Of a stretch of 64,000 bases of DNA, positions 1-11,419 are shown in pieces. The stretch is from Lepidodermella squamata (lineage: Eukaryota; Animalia; Gastrotricha): the NCBI GenBank assembly GCA_047495785.1, contig JBLDXI010000033.1, forward strand, positions 496,001-560,000, written 5' to 3'. The notes under the pieces were generated by a model. That model did no database searches. It had not been told where the DNA came from and worked only from the letters and a program-made list of their open reading frames with translations. A program made the position numbers and the translations under genes. How positions within the stretch are numbered: the first letter of the stretch is position 1; each line of letters opens with the position of its first letter.

Positions 1-756
1 TTGGACAAGTATTGATCCGCTGCTTTCAGAGATTTTTTCACCGTATCAGATTGCGGTTTATTCTGATGTGAGACGTAGTCCGGCTCGTTGTTGTAGAGGA
101 GGGCCAGGTCAACGTTTTCTATCGCTAAACAACGCACGGTTTCATTGATTCTTTCTTCGAATGTCACCTTGGTGTCATAAACCGCTCTGTGGAAGTCAGG
201 ATACCCCATCGCGAATTCGACCATAGAACCGGGCCAATACGATACCGCAGTTCGCTTGTTACCTGTTCGTCGAGCTGCGATCCAAATAGGCTCAGCTTGA
301 TCCCAGAATGCGGTATCGGTGCTGGAGACGTTGAATGTTCTGTTCAATTTTGGATCGTAAAAGCTGCTAGAGACAATGCCGTGGCTCTCAGGATACATGC
401 CAGTAACAATAGACCCTGCAAATATAATGGTGGAACTATAAAACTTTAATCAATTACTAACAGTGATTGGGGAGGGTGTCGCTCGGGAAGACGCTTCGAG
501 TAAGTTCGGAAATCAGTCCGCTTGTCCCGAAGGCTTTGAAAGTTGGCAGGTCATTCTCAGTTAAATAGAGTCTGCGGAATCCGTCAAATGAGATCACCAG
601 GAGCTTTTGATTCAGCCCTCTTATTTCAGCCGAATCGACAAGATTAATTACAAGATACAGCCCCAAATGTATCAGAAGTGACGTTTTGTATACAACATCT
701 TCACTGTTTTGAATGACTAGTGTGATATATTCGCATTGATGAGTTAAGCCTTGCAT
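1..756 (-). CDS. ENPP4/5/6/7-like ectonucleotide pyrophosphatase/phosphodiesterase, copy 1 (runs off window start; possibly decaying)
   Basis: Exon 1 has ISFDGFR and PSDTLPNH. Intron 416-461 (GTTAGT..TTTGCAG). Exon 2 is open to the window edge (WSIVTGMYPESHGIVSSS...EPDYVSH). The ATG used by copy 2 is put out of frame by a 5-nt insertion; the next in-frame ATG is at 756. Confidence 0.75.
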
Positions 757-879
757 CAAGCAATATAGTATGTATTTTTAAGGAACAGCTGAAAAAATGC
801 GTTATTGCAGTTCTAACACGCAAATTTAATTTTTAATTTTATTAAGGCTTAAGGCATTCAGAGTAATGTCATAACATCA

Positions 880-1890
880 TAGTCACGAAACAGCAAATGC
901 GACAAAACAGCGAATACGTCGAAACAGCGCTAATAAAACCACGTACTTACACAAAAAGCGCGCTATTTATTATTGGAGGGTAAATTCGTCAACAAAAACT
1001 CAATCGGGGTGTTCGGATATTTAGCTTTCTTGAGTCCAAAAGGCGAATTAATCGTAAACAGGTAAGCTTCGAGGGTAGCAGAGTCAGCAATAGGGTTATC
1101 AATAATTGCCTCGCAGATTTTCTTCAACGCTTTGTTATGCCTCTCTACCTGTGGGTAGGTCCGCTTGAAGGGTAGCCCACTAAGCCCAGCCATGAGTCGG
1201 CCATCACTCAGATCCGGCTCCTTCTTGAAAAAGGAAATAATTTCGTACGGTGACGGGTGGGGCTTACCCACAAATTCCTGGAAGGATTTGTGCCAAACCT
1301 CCGCCTTGTTGTCTGAGGCCGGCAACACACGGACTTAACATTTCCAGAGTGCCGTGTCGAATCACGGGTTGGTATTAACCACCTTATGCCGATATAATCC
1401 AACATAATTATTTTCGAAATATTCGTAAAGCTGAATTAGGCCGTTCTCTTTTTTCTGCCACAGAAGGAGCCTGCAACAAGATCAAGCGGTAGAAGCGCAA
1501 TGCGGGCAGATATTTGCCCCATCTTTTCACCATCGGATTGCTGTTGTTTGCACCCTGCAATCCATATGCGCAAACATGACGGTTGACAGCCTGCAAAACA
1601 ATTTTAACGGCCGGGAATTACGCCAGACAGGGCTGCAAAACCTGCGAAATTTCCCGCGCACTTTCTCAAAATTTCCCGCTAATTTTGATCCATTTTAGCA
1701 AATTTTCCTGCAATTAACTGTCATTTTTCGAAAATTTCCCGCGCACATTGAGCCACAAAATGCCTTTTTAGCTGGACGTCTTTATTATGGACGCACCCGA
1801 AAGAGTGGCTAATGAAATTGATACCGATAAGTCACTTGTCGACGAATTGACCGATTGACGAAGCGACGCATCGACGGGCAATAAAAAACG
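880..1890 (-). mobile_element. Degenerate Mutator-like (MULE) transposon fragment
   Basis: Broken ORFs 963-1328 (DNKAEVWHKSFQEFVGKPHPSPYEIISFFKKE, resembling the MULE NxxExWH...HP...KxE motif) and 1408-1596 (QAVNRHV..GLQ). Short repeated motifs at both ends (AAACAGC x3 near 886-928; GACGAA-type near 1840-1875). Homology between the upstream regions of ENPP copies 1 and 2 stops at about 847. Boundaries approximate. Confidence 0.6.
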
Positions 1891-1954
1891 AATGATGAAC
1901 AGCTACACACACAAACATAAATGCACTTGCTGCGCAACAAAAAATGGCAAAGAT

Positions 1955-3785
1955 TCATTTGCTCGGCAAAACCGACCTATAATGAAAACTAATAACCATA
2001 ACTATCAACATAATAGCAGGGTTGTATGCTAAGTAATCAGCATGTGATTTTCCTGTCGTTAAGCCGGATAATGATTTGATTGTACTTTGATTGGAAGTCG
2101 AAGCCGACGGGTCAAACGGGTCGACAGCAAAGAGATCTCGAACTCGTTCGAGGCTAGCGTTAGTAGCAGCGGGTTGAATACCAGTAACATATGCCATGAT
2201 TGCGTAGATATCTTTCGTCTCGAACATTTGAGTCACTTTGTAGCCACCTTGTTTAAAAGCTGGACCACGAGCCATGAAAAGAGGTTGCATAACGGTTTCC
2301 TTAGGGTCATACCCATGAGTGGACTTAAAAGTCGAATTATTTGACTGGGAATGATAGGAATACATTAAGCGGTAAACAATGATGAAAGTTGAACAGTGCT
2401 TACTCTATCCATGGAAACGCCGATTTTACACAATATCATTATTTCGGGTATTCTGTCGCTGTTTGAAAAATGTAATTCGAACGGAACTTCTTTCTTCCAA
2501 TAGACATTGAAGAGGCCGGTTTCCAGACTTGCTTTTGTCAAATTAGCCATTACCTCGTTAGTCCGGCCTTCTTTGGGTCTTACCCCCATATAGGCACCAT
2601 ACATGTCCGGCTGCAAACAATTCACAGATAATTCTCATAAATTGCGGAAGTTAAGAAAATACAAGAAAGAAAAACTAAAATATGGCACAATATTTGACCA
2701 TTAAAGACTTGACAACTTAAGCATCTCATTCCAAATGTTGTGAAATGAAATTGGGTACGACGTTCGGAAGCAATCCGATCCAATACATTTGCTATCGAAA
2801 ATTCCTGAACGGATAATAGTACCGTCTTCAGTTTTCAGGGTTTTCTATTGAGTAAATCCAAGTTACTCAACAGCGCTTACAATATGGCTCGCTTTACAAC
2901 TACTGGTATGTTCATGGTGGAACCTGATTCATGGTCATTCAAGAGATTCAACTTACATATTCAATGCTCGCCATATCAACGTAATCACCCACGTATAAAA
3001 ACTTCTCAATGCTGACCATTCCATGATCTGCAAGGGCGATAATGTTCAAGTTCTCGTTGCTGAGACCGGCTTCTTCCAGGTATTTAAGAAGCTTGGCGAA
3101 GTAATCATCCGCTGCTTTGATAACTTTTTTCACCACGTCAGATTCAAGGTTATTGTAGTGTGCGGTGAAATCTGGCTCATTGTGGTAGAGCAGAGCTAGG
3201 TCGACGTTGTCTTTCGAAAGATAGCGAACCGTTTCATTGATCCTTTCTTCGAACGGCACTTTGTCGTTGTAGACCGTTGTATAGAAGTCAGGATACCCCA
3301 ACTCGAATTTGACAGCAGAACCGGGCCAATATGATGATGCAGTTCGTTTGTTACCTGTTCGTCGTGCTGCGATCCAAATAGGCTCAGCTTGATCCCAGAA
3401 TGCGGTATCGTGGCTGGAGACGTTGAATGTTTTGTCCAATTTCGGATCGTAAAAGCTGTTGGAGACGATGCCATGGCTTTCAGGATACATTCCAGTAACA
3501 ATAGACCCTGCAAAACCACTGATAAAACTTAAAAACATGAAGTATTTGCTTACAGTGATTAGGGAAGGTGTCGCTCGGGAAGACGCTTCGAGTAAGCTCG
3601 GAAATCAGTCCACTTGCTCCGAAGGCCTTAAAAGTTGGCAGGTCATTCTCAGTTAAATAGAGTCTGCGGAATCCGTCAAATAAGATCACCAAGAGCTTTT
3701 GATTCAGTCCTTTTATTTCAGCCGAATCGACAAGGTTAAATACAAGAGACAGCCCAAAATGTATCAGAAGTGACTTTTTGTACAT
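1955..3785 (-). CDS. ENPP4/5/6/7-like ectonucleotide pyrophosphatase/phosphodiesterase, copy 2 (4 exons, ~459 aa)
   Basis: Exons 3785-3554, 3507-2957, 2610-2404, 2344-1955, all GT-AG and in frame. Signal peptide; DGFR, catalytic TFPNH, HGIVSN, EPDxxxH, ADHG and HGYD metal ligands; Ser/Thr-rich stalk and hydrophobic C-terminus (TM/GPI-like). Confidence 0.92.
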
Positions 3786-4353
3786 CTTTATGATTTTGAA
3801 TGACTAGTGTGATGTTTTCGTATTGGTGAAGTAAGACTTGCATCAAGCGAAATGATATGTATTTTTAAGGAACAGCTGAAAAAATGCGTTATTGCAGTTC
3901 TACCATCTAACACACAAATGTAAAATTTATTAAGGATCGGCTTGCCTTTTGAGTGATATGCAAGTTCTACGCGAATTCCCTGCCTGAAGGTTTTCTTTCC
4001 TTTTCTTTGTTAATGAAAATAATGTCATCATCCTAAAGGTGGAGGTTGTTAGGTTACTCGCAGTCTTTTTCTACGAATTAATTCATCTTTCAGCTGAGGC
4101 TGAGGCTGGCAGTCTACCGAGATTGCAATTTTCACCGAATTTCGCCAAAGTTTCAATTTTTTATATTGCAAAAAATGTCATACTCCGACCTCCGAGCGAA
4201 ATGAAATGCGTGGCAAATGATGATTCATCCCGTTTAGGAGGCCAGGACCAAGATTGATTAAAACATGTCTGAAGCACTAAAATTTTAATTTATTTCAGCA
4301 GGCAAGCAAACGTGGTAAACAGAAACAAAAATCAGCAGGTAGAATAACCCGTA

Positions 4354-5876
4354 TCACTTAGCTAAATCAACACGTAAAACTAAGAAACAGAAAATCAAAA
4401 TAATAGCAGTGTTGTACTTCAAGTTATCAGCACGCGATTTGGCAGTAGTTGAGCCTGATAAAGATTTCGTTGTAGTTGGTTTGGAGGTCGAGGCTGACGG
4501 GTCAAAAGGGTCGACAGCAAAGAGGTCTCGAACTCGTTCCAGGCTGGCATTAGTAGCAGCGGGTTGAATACCAGTTACATGTGCCATGATGGCATAGATA
4601 TCTTTCGTCTCAAACATTCGAGCCGCTTTGAAGCCACCCTGCTTGAAAGCCGGGCCGCGAGCCATGAAAAGAGGTTGCATAACGGATTCCTTTGGGTCGA
4701 ATCCATGAGAGGAGCCGCCTGACGAGCTTGCAGACTAACAAGAGAAGAAAATGATTGACAAGATTCAGCGATGAAGAACTTACCCTTGCCATGTAAACGC
4801 CGACTTTACACATGATAACAATTTCTGTGATTCTGTCGTTGTTTGAATAGTGAAATTCAAGTGGCACGTCCTTCTTCCAATAGACATTGAAGAGGCCGGT
4901 TTCCTGACTAGCTTTAGTCAAATTTGCCATAACCTCGTCAGCTCGGCCTTCTTTAGGTCTTACACCCATGGACGCACCATATTGCGTCGGCTGAAAAATT
5001 GTGATAAAAATGTATCAAAGCTCACAATAGTTTGAGAGATCCAGCTTACATATTCAATGCTAGCCATATCGATATAATTGCCAACATACAGCCGAGTTTC
5101 AACGTAAACCATACCATGATCAGCCAGAGTGATGATATTCAAATTGCTCTGGTTCAGGCCGGCTTCTTCCAAGTATTTAAGAATCTTGCCCATGTAATCG
5201 TCAGTTTCCTTCAGAACCTTTTTCACCTTGTCGGATTCCGGTTTATTATCATGCCCAGTTTTGTCTGGCTCGTTGTGGTAGAGCAGGGCAAGGTCGACGT
5301 TCTCTTTCGAAAGATATCGAACCGTTTCATTGATCCTTTCTTCGAATGGCACTTTGTCGTTGTAGACCTCTCGATAGAAGTCAGGAGTTCCCAAATCGAA
5401 TTTGACGGCAGAACCAGGCCAGAAGGAGACCCCGGTTCGCTTGTTACCCGTTCGTCGGGCTGCGATCCAGATAGGCTCAGCCTGGTCCCAGAAAGCTGTA
5501 TCAAGGCTCGACATGGTGAATGTTTTGTTCAGTTTTGGATCATAAAAGCTGTTGGAGACGATGCCGTGGCTCTCAGAATACATTCCAGTGGCAATCGACC
5601 CTGAAAAGTCAACAGTAAAACTTGATAACATAAATCTCAGTGCTTACAGTGATTAGGGAATGTGTCACTAGGAAAGACGCTTTGAGTGAGTTCGGAAACC
5701 ACTCCGCTTTTCCCGAAGGTGTTGAAGTTTGGAAGATCGTTATCGGCTAAATAAAGCCGTCGAAAGCCGTCGAATGAGATCACCAGCAATTTTTGATTGA
5801 GCCCTTTTATTTCGGCCGAATGGGCCCCGATGGTGACCATGAGCAGCCAAGAGCAGATGAACAGCGAGTTTTTCAT
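4354..5876 (-). CDS. ENPP4/5/6/7-like ectonucleotide pyrophosphatase/phosphodiesterase, copy 3 (4 exons, ~455 aa)
   Basis: Exons 5876-5648, 5600-5050, 4990-4784, 4734-4354; introns 47, 59 and 49 bp at the same positions as copy 2. All catalytic motifs present (ISFDGFR, TFPNH, HGIVSN, EPDKTGH, ADHG, HGFD). Confidence 0.92.
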
Positions 5877-7072
5877 AGTCTTAAATTGCTAATACGATAT
5901 TGAGTGTGAATCACGGCGGACCTAGCAGTCTATTTGTTTAGGAAACAGCTGCGAATTGGGCGGTGCTCCTTTCCCTGTTAAAACGCTCACTTTAAAGAGT
6001 GCACCGGAAACCACACCTAAGCAGCCTAAGCAGCCTTTGTGACCTTTTTCACCTCCCTCATTAGAATTCGTACGTCATAATCATGTGGTGTCTGTAAAGG
6101 AGTCTTTATCATGATTTATTGCTGGGTCAATAAAGATTAAAGATTTTGCGACCATTTTCGGACAAAGAATAATTGACTTATAAATTCGGGTTTCTCGGGT
6201 TCGCACAAAATAATATCAGGCATGTAATGGAAAAGCTCTTTGCTCTTTTTCCCAGGTGAAGATAGGCGTTTCAATTGGTAACATTGAATTAGGGAAAAGC
6301 CAAGTTCGAGTTGTTAGTCCACTTCATGTGCTGTGTAAAACAAGCTGGTGAGGCGAAATAACGGCTTCGCAGAAGTCAATTTCGGATAAGCAAGCGACGT
6401 TTCATCATACGTTAAGTTAATTTTTATTAATTTTATCTAAAATAATGATCGATTAGGAAAGGATCCCGCCAAATTGAACGTTGTATCAATTGCTTATCAA
6501 AAGAAGTTCACGGGTAGCATAGTTAGTGCAAGTAATATACGGCTCGCTTCCATCGAATCAGCTCCCTTGGTTCAAATCGTGACTTGAGAAGAAAGGATAC
6601 CAAAAAAACCAGTAATGAAACAAAAACATCCGATGTAGACACACATGGTTGGTTTTTTGCGTACTGGGCTTGCTCTCATATATAGGATAGCGTGCAACTT
6701 CCTGCTCTATTGATGATTACTAACGACTACAATGTTTGTGAGCGCGTATGCTTTTTTACCAAATATGCTGTGTTTTTTGCTTGTTTACCTGGCCTAACGT
6801 TAAAGTGCCGCCGAGAAATCTATTCTTTGATGAGATATTATGTGATTTTGCGGCTGGATTCCAAAAACATGAAACCGGCTGATGGTAGGTTAATCGATTT
6901 ATGCGCGCCCGTTTCCTGGTTGGGCCATTTTACCTCATGGAAGCAGGAATAAATGTATTTTTGTCCTCGGAGATCATCATATTCCCATTATATACCGGAT
7001 GAGTGATTACACAGAGTATTTACAAATCATACGCATTCAGCGATCAAGCTATAACTGATTTTTAAAACTAAA

Positions 7073-8275
7073 ATGTCCTTCCAGGTCAAAAACGCGTGCG
7101 TTTTAATTTATTTATACCTGTCTGCAGTATTCGCAGAGGGTGAAAAGTACGATTTTGCTGAGGCATTGGTGAAATCATGCCCACACTTACAGCCGATGGT
7201 ATACTCGCCAACTTGCGTAAGCGGGCGCCTCAGATCCACAAATTCATCAATGTGCCAGTCAACCCCTGTAAAACTAACCCCACAGTTGCAAAGATTCCAG
7301 CGGATCGATGATGTGGCTGAGACTATGACAGTTTCAGGGTCTTTGAGGATTAGATGGAGGGTATATTGCCCAGACTTCAAATTTGATCACAATCCTGACT
7401 CTGAGTGGTATTTACCTGATAACGAGACTTCAGAGGAGTTGGTCATAAATCTTGATCCAACTTCATTCTGGAAACCGGCTATTCATCACCAGAACGCAGT
7501 CACAAATTTCGGCTTCAACGATGGTACTTTCGCCGAGAGGTTTTACGTAGTCTATTACTCCTCCACTAAAGGATACCTTGTATTTTGGTGGCAGCGTTTC
7601 GGAGTATTTTCATCAACCCAAAGTGGTATGGACTTCAAAAACTTCCCGTTTGATATCCAAAGTTTGGATATGGAGTTCGCCATGCAAATTAACAACAGGG
7701 CAGTTGAATTTTCGCCGGATATTCAGCAACCTCATTCTAGGTTCATGTCGCCTGGGGCTGGTTGGATATTCGAGGGAATGGAACGAGTTAACGATTCCAA
7801 TTTGGTTTTGGAAAATAAAAGCGGATTGATCTTTCGGCTGAAGTTCCGCCGCAAATCTGACTTCTTTGTTTACGGATTGCTCGCGCCATGCTGTATGCTA
7901 TCAGTCCTAGAACTTACAGCTTTTTTCTTACCAGTCGGGTCTGTTGATAGACCAATGTTTTGCGTTACTATCCTGCTCGCTTTTACCTTTCTTCAAACTG
8001 AAATTATATCTTTCGTCCCCCCTAAACCGACCCGATCGTTTCTGAGTAATTACACAGATCTGAGTTCAATTTTAGCCTGGGCGTTGACTATATATATGCT
8101 GATGACTAATCGTCTGATGAGCGAACCCTCGAAAACTCATTGGATAAATCGAAGCGTTAGAATTTTCGGAAAATCTTACCCTAAGATGAGCTTGATTGAT
8201 TTCTTTGTAATTGCGATCTCAGTCCTGATGTTTCTAGGAATACAGGCGTACGCTTTGTCAGTTGGCCTGACCTGA
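7073..8275 (+). CDS. Divergent intronless pLGIC subunit 1 (Cys-less Pro-loop)
   Basis: Signal peptide, WKPAIHHQN, loop QSGMDFKNFPFDIQSL (no Cys), FRRK pre-M1, four TM helices, M2 DRPMFCVTILLAFTFLQ. Confidence 0.92.
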   Translation: MSFQVKNACVLIYLYLSAVFAEGEKYDFAEALVKSCPHLQPMVYSPTCVSGRLRSTNSSMCQSTPVKLTPQLQRFQRIDDVAETMTVSGSLRIRWRVYCPDFKFDHNPDSEWYLPDNETSEELVINLDPTSFWKPAIHHQNAVTNFGFNDGTFAERFYVVYYSSTKGYLVFWWQRFGVFSSTQSGMDFKNFPFDIQSLDMEFAMQINNRAVEFSPDIQQPHSRFMSPGAGWIFEGMERVNDSNLVLENKSGLIFRLKFRRKSDFFVYGLLAPCCMLSVLELTAFFLPVGSVDRPMFCVTILLAFTFLQTEIISFVPPKPTRSFLSNYTDLSSILAWALTIYMLMTNRLMSEPSKTHWINRSVRIFGKSYPKMSLIDFFVIAISVLMFLGIQAYALSVGLT

Positions 8276-8559
8276 ACAAAAATTGAATCTGTCCGACGTC
8301 CGACGCCTGGGTAACTTTTTATGGAATGTCAGTAGTAGACAGACGAAAACACAAGCAATTAGCTTGATCGCATTTACTACACACAATTGACTAACTCTTG
8401 ACCCGATTTAATATCGTGTAATTGCGAGAAGTAAAAGATTCTCGACGTTTCGGCTAACTCTCAACATAATTAAAAAATAAGGCAGGAGATGTGAGTGTAA
8501 AATTTTCTTAAACATATCGACCTGATCTTTATTTTGGTTTTTACACACCATCCCAAATA

Positions 8560-10957
8560 ATGAGGCTGTTGGTTTATATTTTCTTCATGCAATTCGCTCT
8601 TGAAGGAAATGCTGCCTTGCCCACGAAACCGTATGAATTAGTCATGCTGAACATGATGCCAGTTTCGGGTCCGAATATTCCGACCGCTTGCAGCACGGCA
8701 GCCAAGTTGGTAATCGATACTGCTAACTCCCGCAATGACGTGTTGCCAGACTACCGCATAAGAATGGTTCTAAAAGATGAGGGGCCAGCAGCGATGAAGG
8801 GACCTCAAAGCTTCATCAACTTCTTATGGGAGTTTGAGATTAATAGATCGAATAACTCATACATTTCTCCAATTGTCGTCGGAACTTCACTCGCTTGCCA
8901 AAGTAAGGTTTAAAAATTCTTTTGAGCTATTTAAAATGCAAAACCTACTATTTTCAGCCAATGCACTCGCTATCAAGTCGAACAAGTTCATTCAGTTTGC
9001 TGAGGGCTGTGCCGGGCCTACTCTCATCGCGAGACGTAACTTGTTCAATCATCTCTATCGAGCCCAGGGGCCCTATGAAAATATGGCTAACTTGATTCCG
9101 ATTTTCGCTAAGCAAATTGGTGGATGGAAGCAAATGGCAATTTTCACATCTTCAGCAAACGCGAATGACGACATATTCGGGCGTATGCTTCAAACTGTCT
9201 TCGCCCAACAAAATATTGACGTTCCTTACTACGGAAGTGAGGCTGATGTGACTCCAGCTGTCATAGACACCATCAAAGCAAGTGGGGCTAGAATAATAGT
9301 TTCAGCTCATGGTCAACCAGGGTTGTACGTGAAGTTTCTGTGTTTGGCTTACAACGCTGGCATGACAGCTCCGTACTACCTGTACATCGCTAATTTTTTC
9401 ACCTATACAACTGCCGACGATCCGGGATTGCAGTTGATACCCGGCTGTACGAGAGCTATGATAGCCGAGATGATGAAAGTCACGCTATTCTTCGGCCTGG
9501 TTCAGTTTGGTTGGCAGAAATTCGAACCAACGCCCTTCGGTTACGATATCGATGGCTTTGAAGCTTACTTGTCAAAGGAACTCAATGGAACTCGGGTTAA
9601 TGATATCGGGCAAAGACACATCTGTCACGATGCCGCTATGGGTACAGTCTTAGCTCTAAACCGAAGCGAAACAGAGCTTAGAAAAAGGTACAACATGAGC
9701 TTGAAAGACTTTGAAACAAGCCCAGACTTGGTTCGAAGAATTGTCAACGAAAGCACCGCAGCGACTGACTTCATCGGACTGAGGGTTGGTAGGATCAAAT
9801 TCTCGGAGCGTCTGCTCATCGATGATGAAGATGTATTCGTGGTCCAGCCGATTACTGGCGCTGTTCGCATCATTTATAAAATAATTCGGGCGGATAATGA
9901 CTCAAAATCAACTGGATACAAGATATTACCAATCAACCCACCGATTTGGTTCACGAGATCAGGCCAGCCTCCGAAAGATTTGTCAAGCGTAATTCATCTC
10001 GTTACCAGCTTTCCTCCAGCTACATTCGGGATTTTAACATTCATATCTGCGGCTCTAATTCCTTTACAAATCTCGATCCTCGCTGTTTTACGAAAGAGAG
10101 TTAATCGAGATCACTTCATATTTTACTTCAACTTTCCGACAAATTTCTTTTTTCTCTTCGGTTGTTTCGTTCTCGACGTTGGTTCAATTCTCATCCTCGT
10201 GGAATTGGCGTACTACCAGCAATATTTATGTAAGATTCGGGCTCTTTTCATACCGATTGGGGTTACAATTTGTAACAGTGTGATGATGGTCCGAATTTTC
10301 GGTTTACGAGACATTATGAGATCTTTGAAGGACATCATGTTCAAGAGTGATGCTAGCAGCATTACTTCGGCAGACTTCAAAGAGCACATGAAAAAGCGAG
10401 TTCCTAAGTCGAAACTTGCCCAGATTGCAATCGGATCGATTATTTCAGGTTTGGTTGCTGTTTCGGTTTTCATTTGGATCTTCGCCGTTGATGCTTTCTC
10501 TGTGAAGTACGTTTCCTCGCAGGTAATGTTCGACGAGGCTCTAGATTCTTACTTCGATGTCACGAGTTCATTTTGTGTTTCGGAGACTGAGTATTCTTGG
10601 CTTGCCGCTTTTATTGGATTGAATGCGTTCATTCTACTTGCCAGCTGCTTTTTCGCTTATGACAGCCGGACGAAAATGAAAATTTTGCATTTCTATGACT
10701 TCGAGTGCAATATGCTGCGAATGGCGATAGTCAACTCAACTACGATTTTCTTCGCTTTTCTCCTCATCGTCTACTTGCTGGGATCAGGGTCTGAATATAA
10801 CCAGATGACAGCTTTCATTGTTGGCTCGCTGCTTTATTCCGGCTCGAATTTTATGATTATGTATTTCCCTGTATGGTCGAATCGTTGGCCGGTGGTGAAG
10901 AAGGAGCACTCGAAAATTGCTGTATTTTCCGCAAAACATAGCGGCGTCTCTCTATAA
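8560..10957 (+). CDS. GABA-B-like class C GPCR A (Venus flytrap + 7TM, ~780 aa, 2 exons)
   Basis: Intron 8903-8957 (GTAAGG..TTTTCAG) joins the two ORFs in frame (ACQTNAL). Signal peptide, ANF-receptor-like lobe (DVLPDYRIRM), no cysteine-rich domain, seven hydrophobic helices with GABA-B-like CFFAYDSR and YFP. Confidence 0.88.
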
Positions 10958-11356
10958 AAACAGATCGATACGGCAATTTCAATCAACCTTTTCATTAACT
11001 AATTTAACTGTTAGCATTTTAGCGAGCTTGCTTCTTTCTCTTAATTGGTTTCAAAAAGCAAAATGTCGGTGTTTTAATTTCAGAAATTGTGGATCGGCCA
11101 ATTTACCCACTACGCAGATCACTCTGATCTAATTGCTTATGCTTTAAGGCCTACCCGTCCTAAACGTAATGGCACCGTTCTTTGAAATGAAGTGGATCAA
11201 GTATTATTAGTTGAAGCACAGATCAGTAAAACTAGTTGATTGCATATTTAATTGGCTGGAATTACTCGGACTCCTAGTCGCCTACTCGAGGCATTCAATT
11301 TGCTAAGTGGGATATTAGTTGTTTGCAAAGATAACGAGATATTATTGAAATAAGAC

Positions 11357-11363
11357 TATAAAA
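11357..11363 (+). promoter_or_regulatory. Candidate TATA box of GPCR B
   Basis: TATAAAAG about 60 bp upstream of the ATG at 11420, followed about 30-40 nt later by a pyrimidine-rich TCATT initiator-like stretch. Confidence 0.35.
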
Positions 11364-11419
11364 GCTGGTGGGGTATCGACGCATTCCCATTTCGATTCAT
11401 TTTCTCAAAATTTCAAGTT

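Noticed and set aside
5990-6420. Non-coding stretch with the look of a non-autonomous DNA transposon (also ~49040-49680)
   Set aside because: No terminal inverted repeats or TSDs could be established within the window; needs a genome-wide repeat search.
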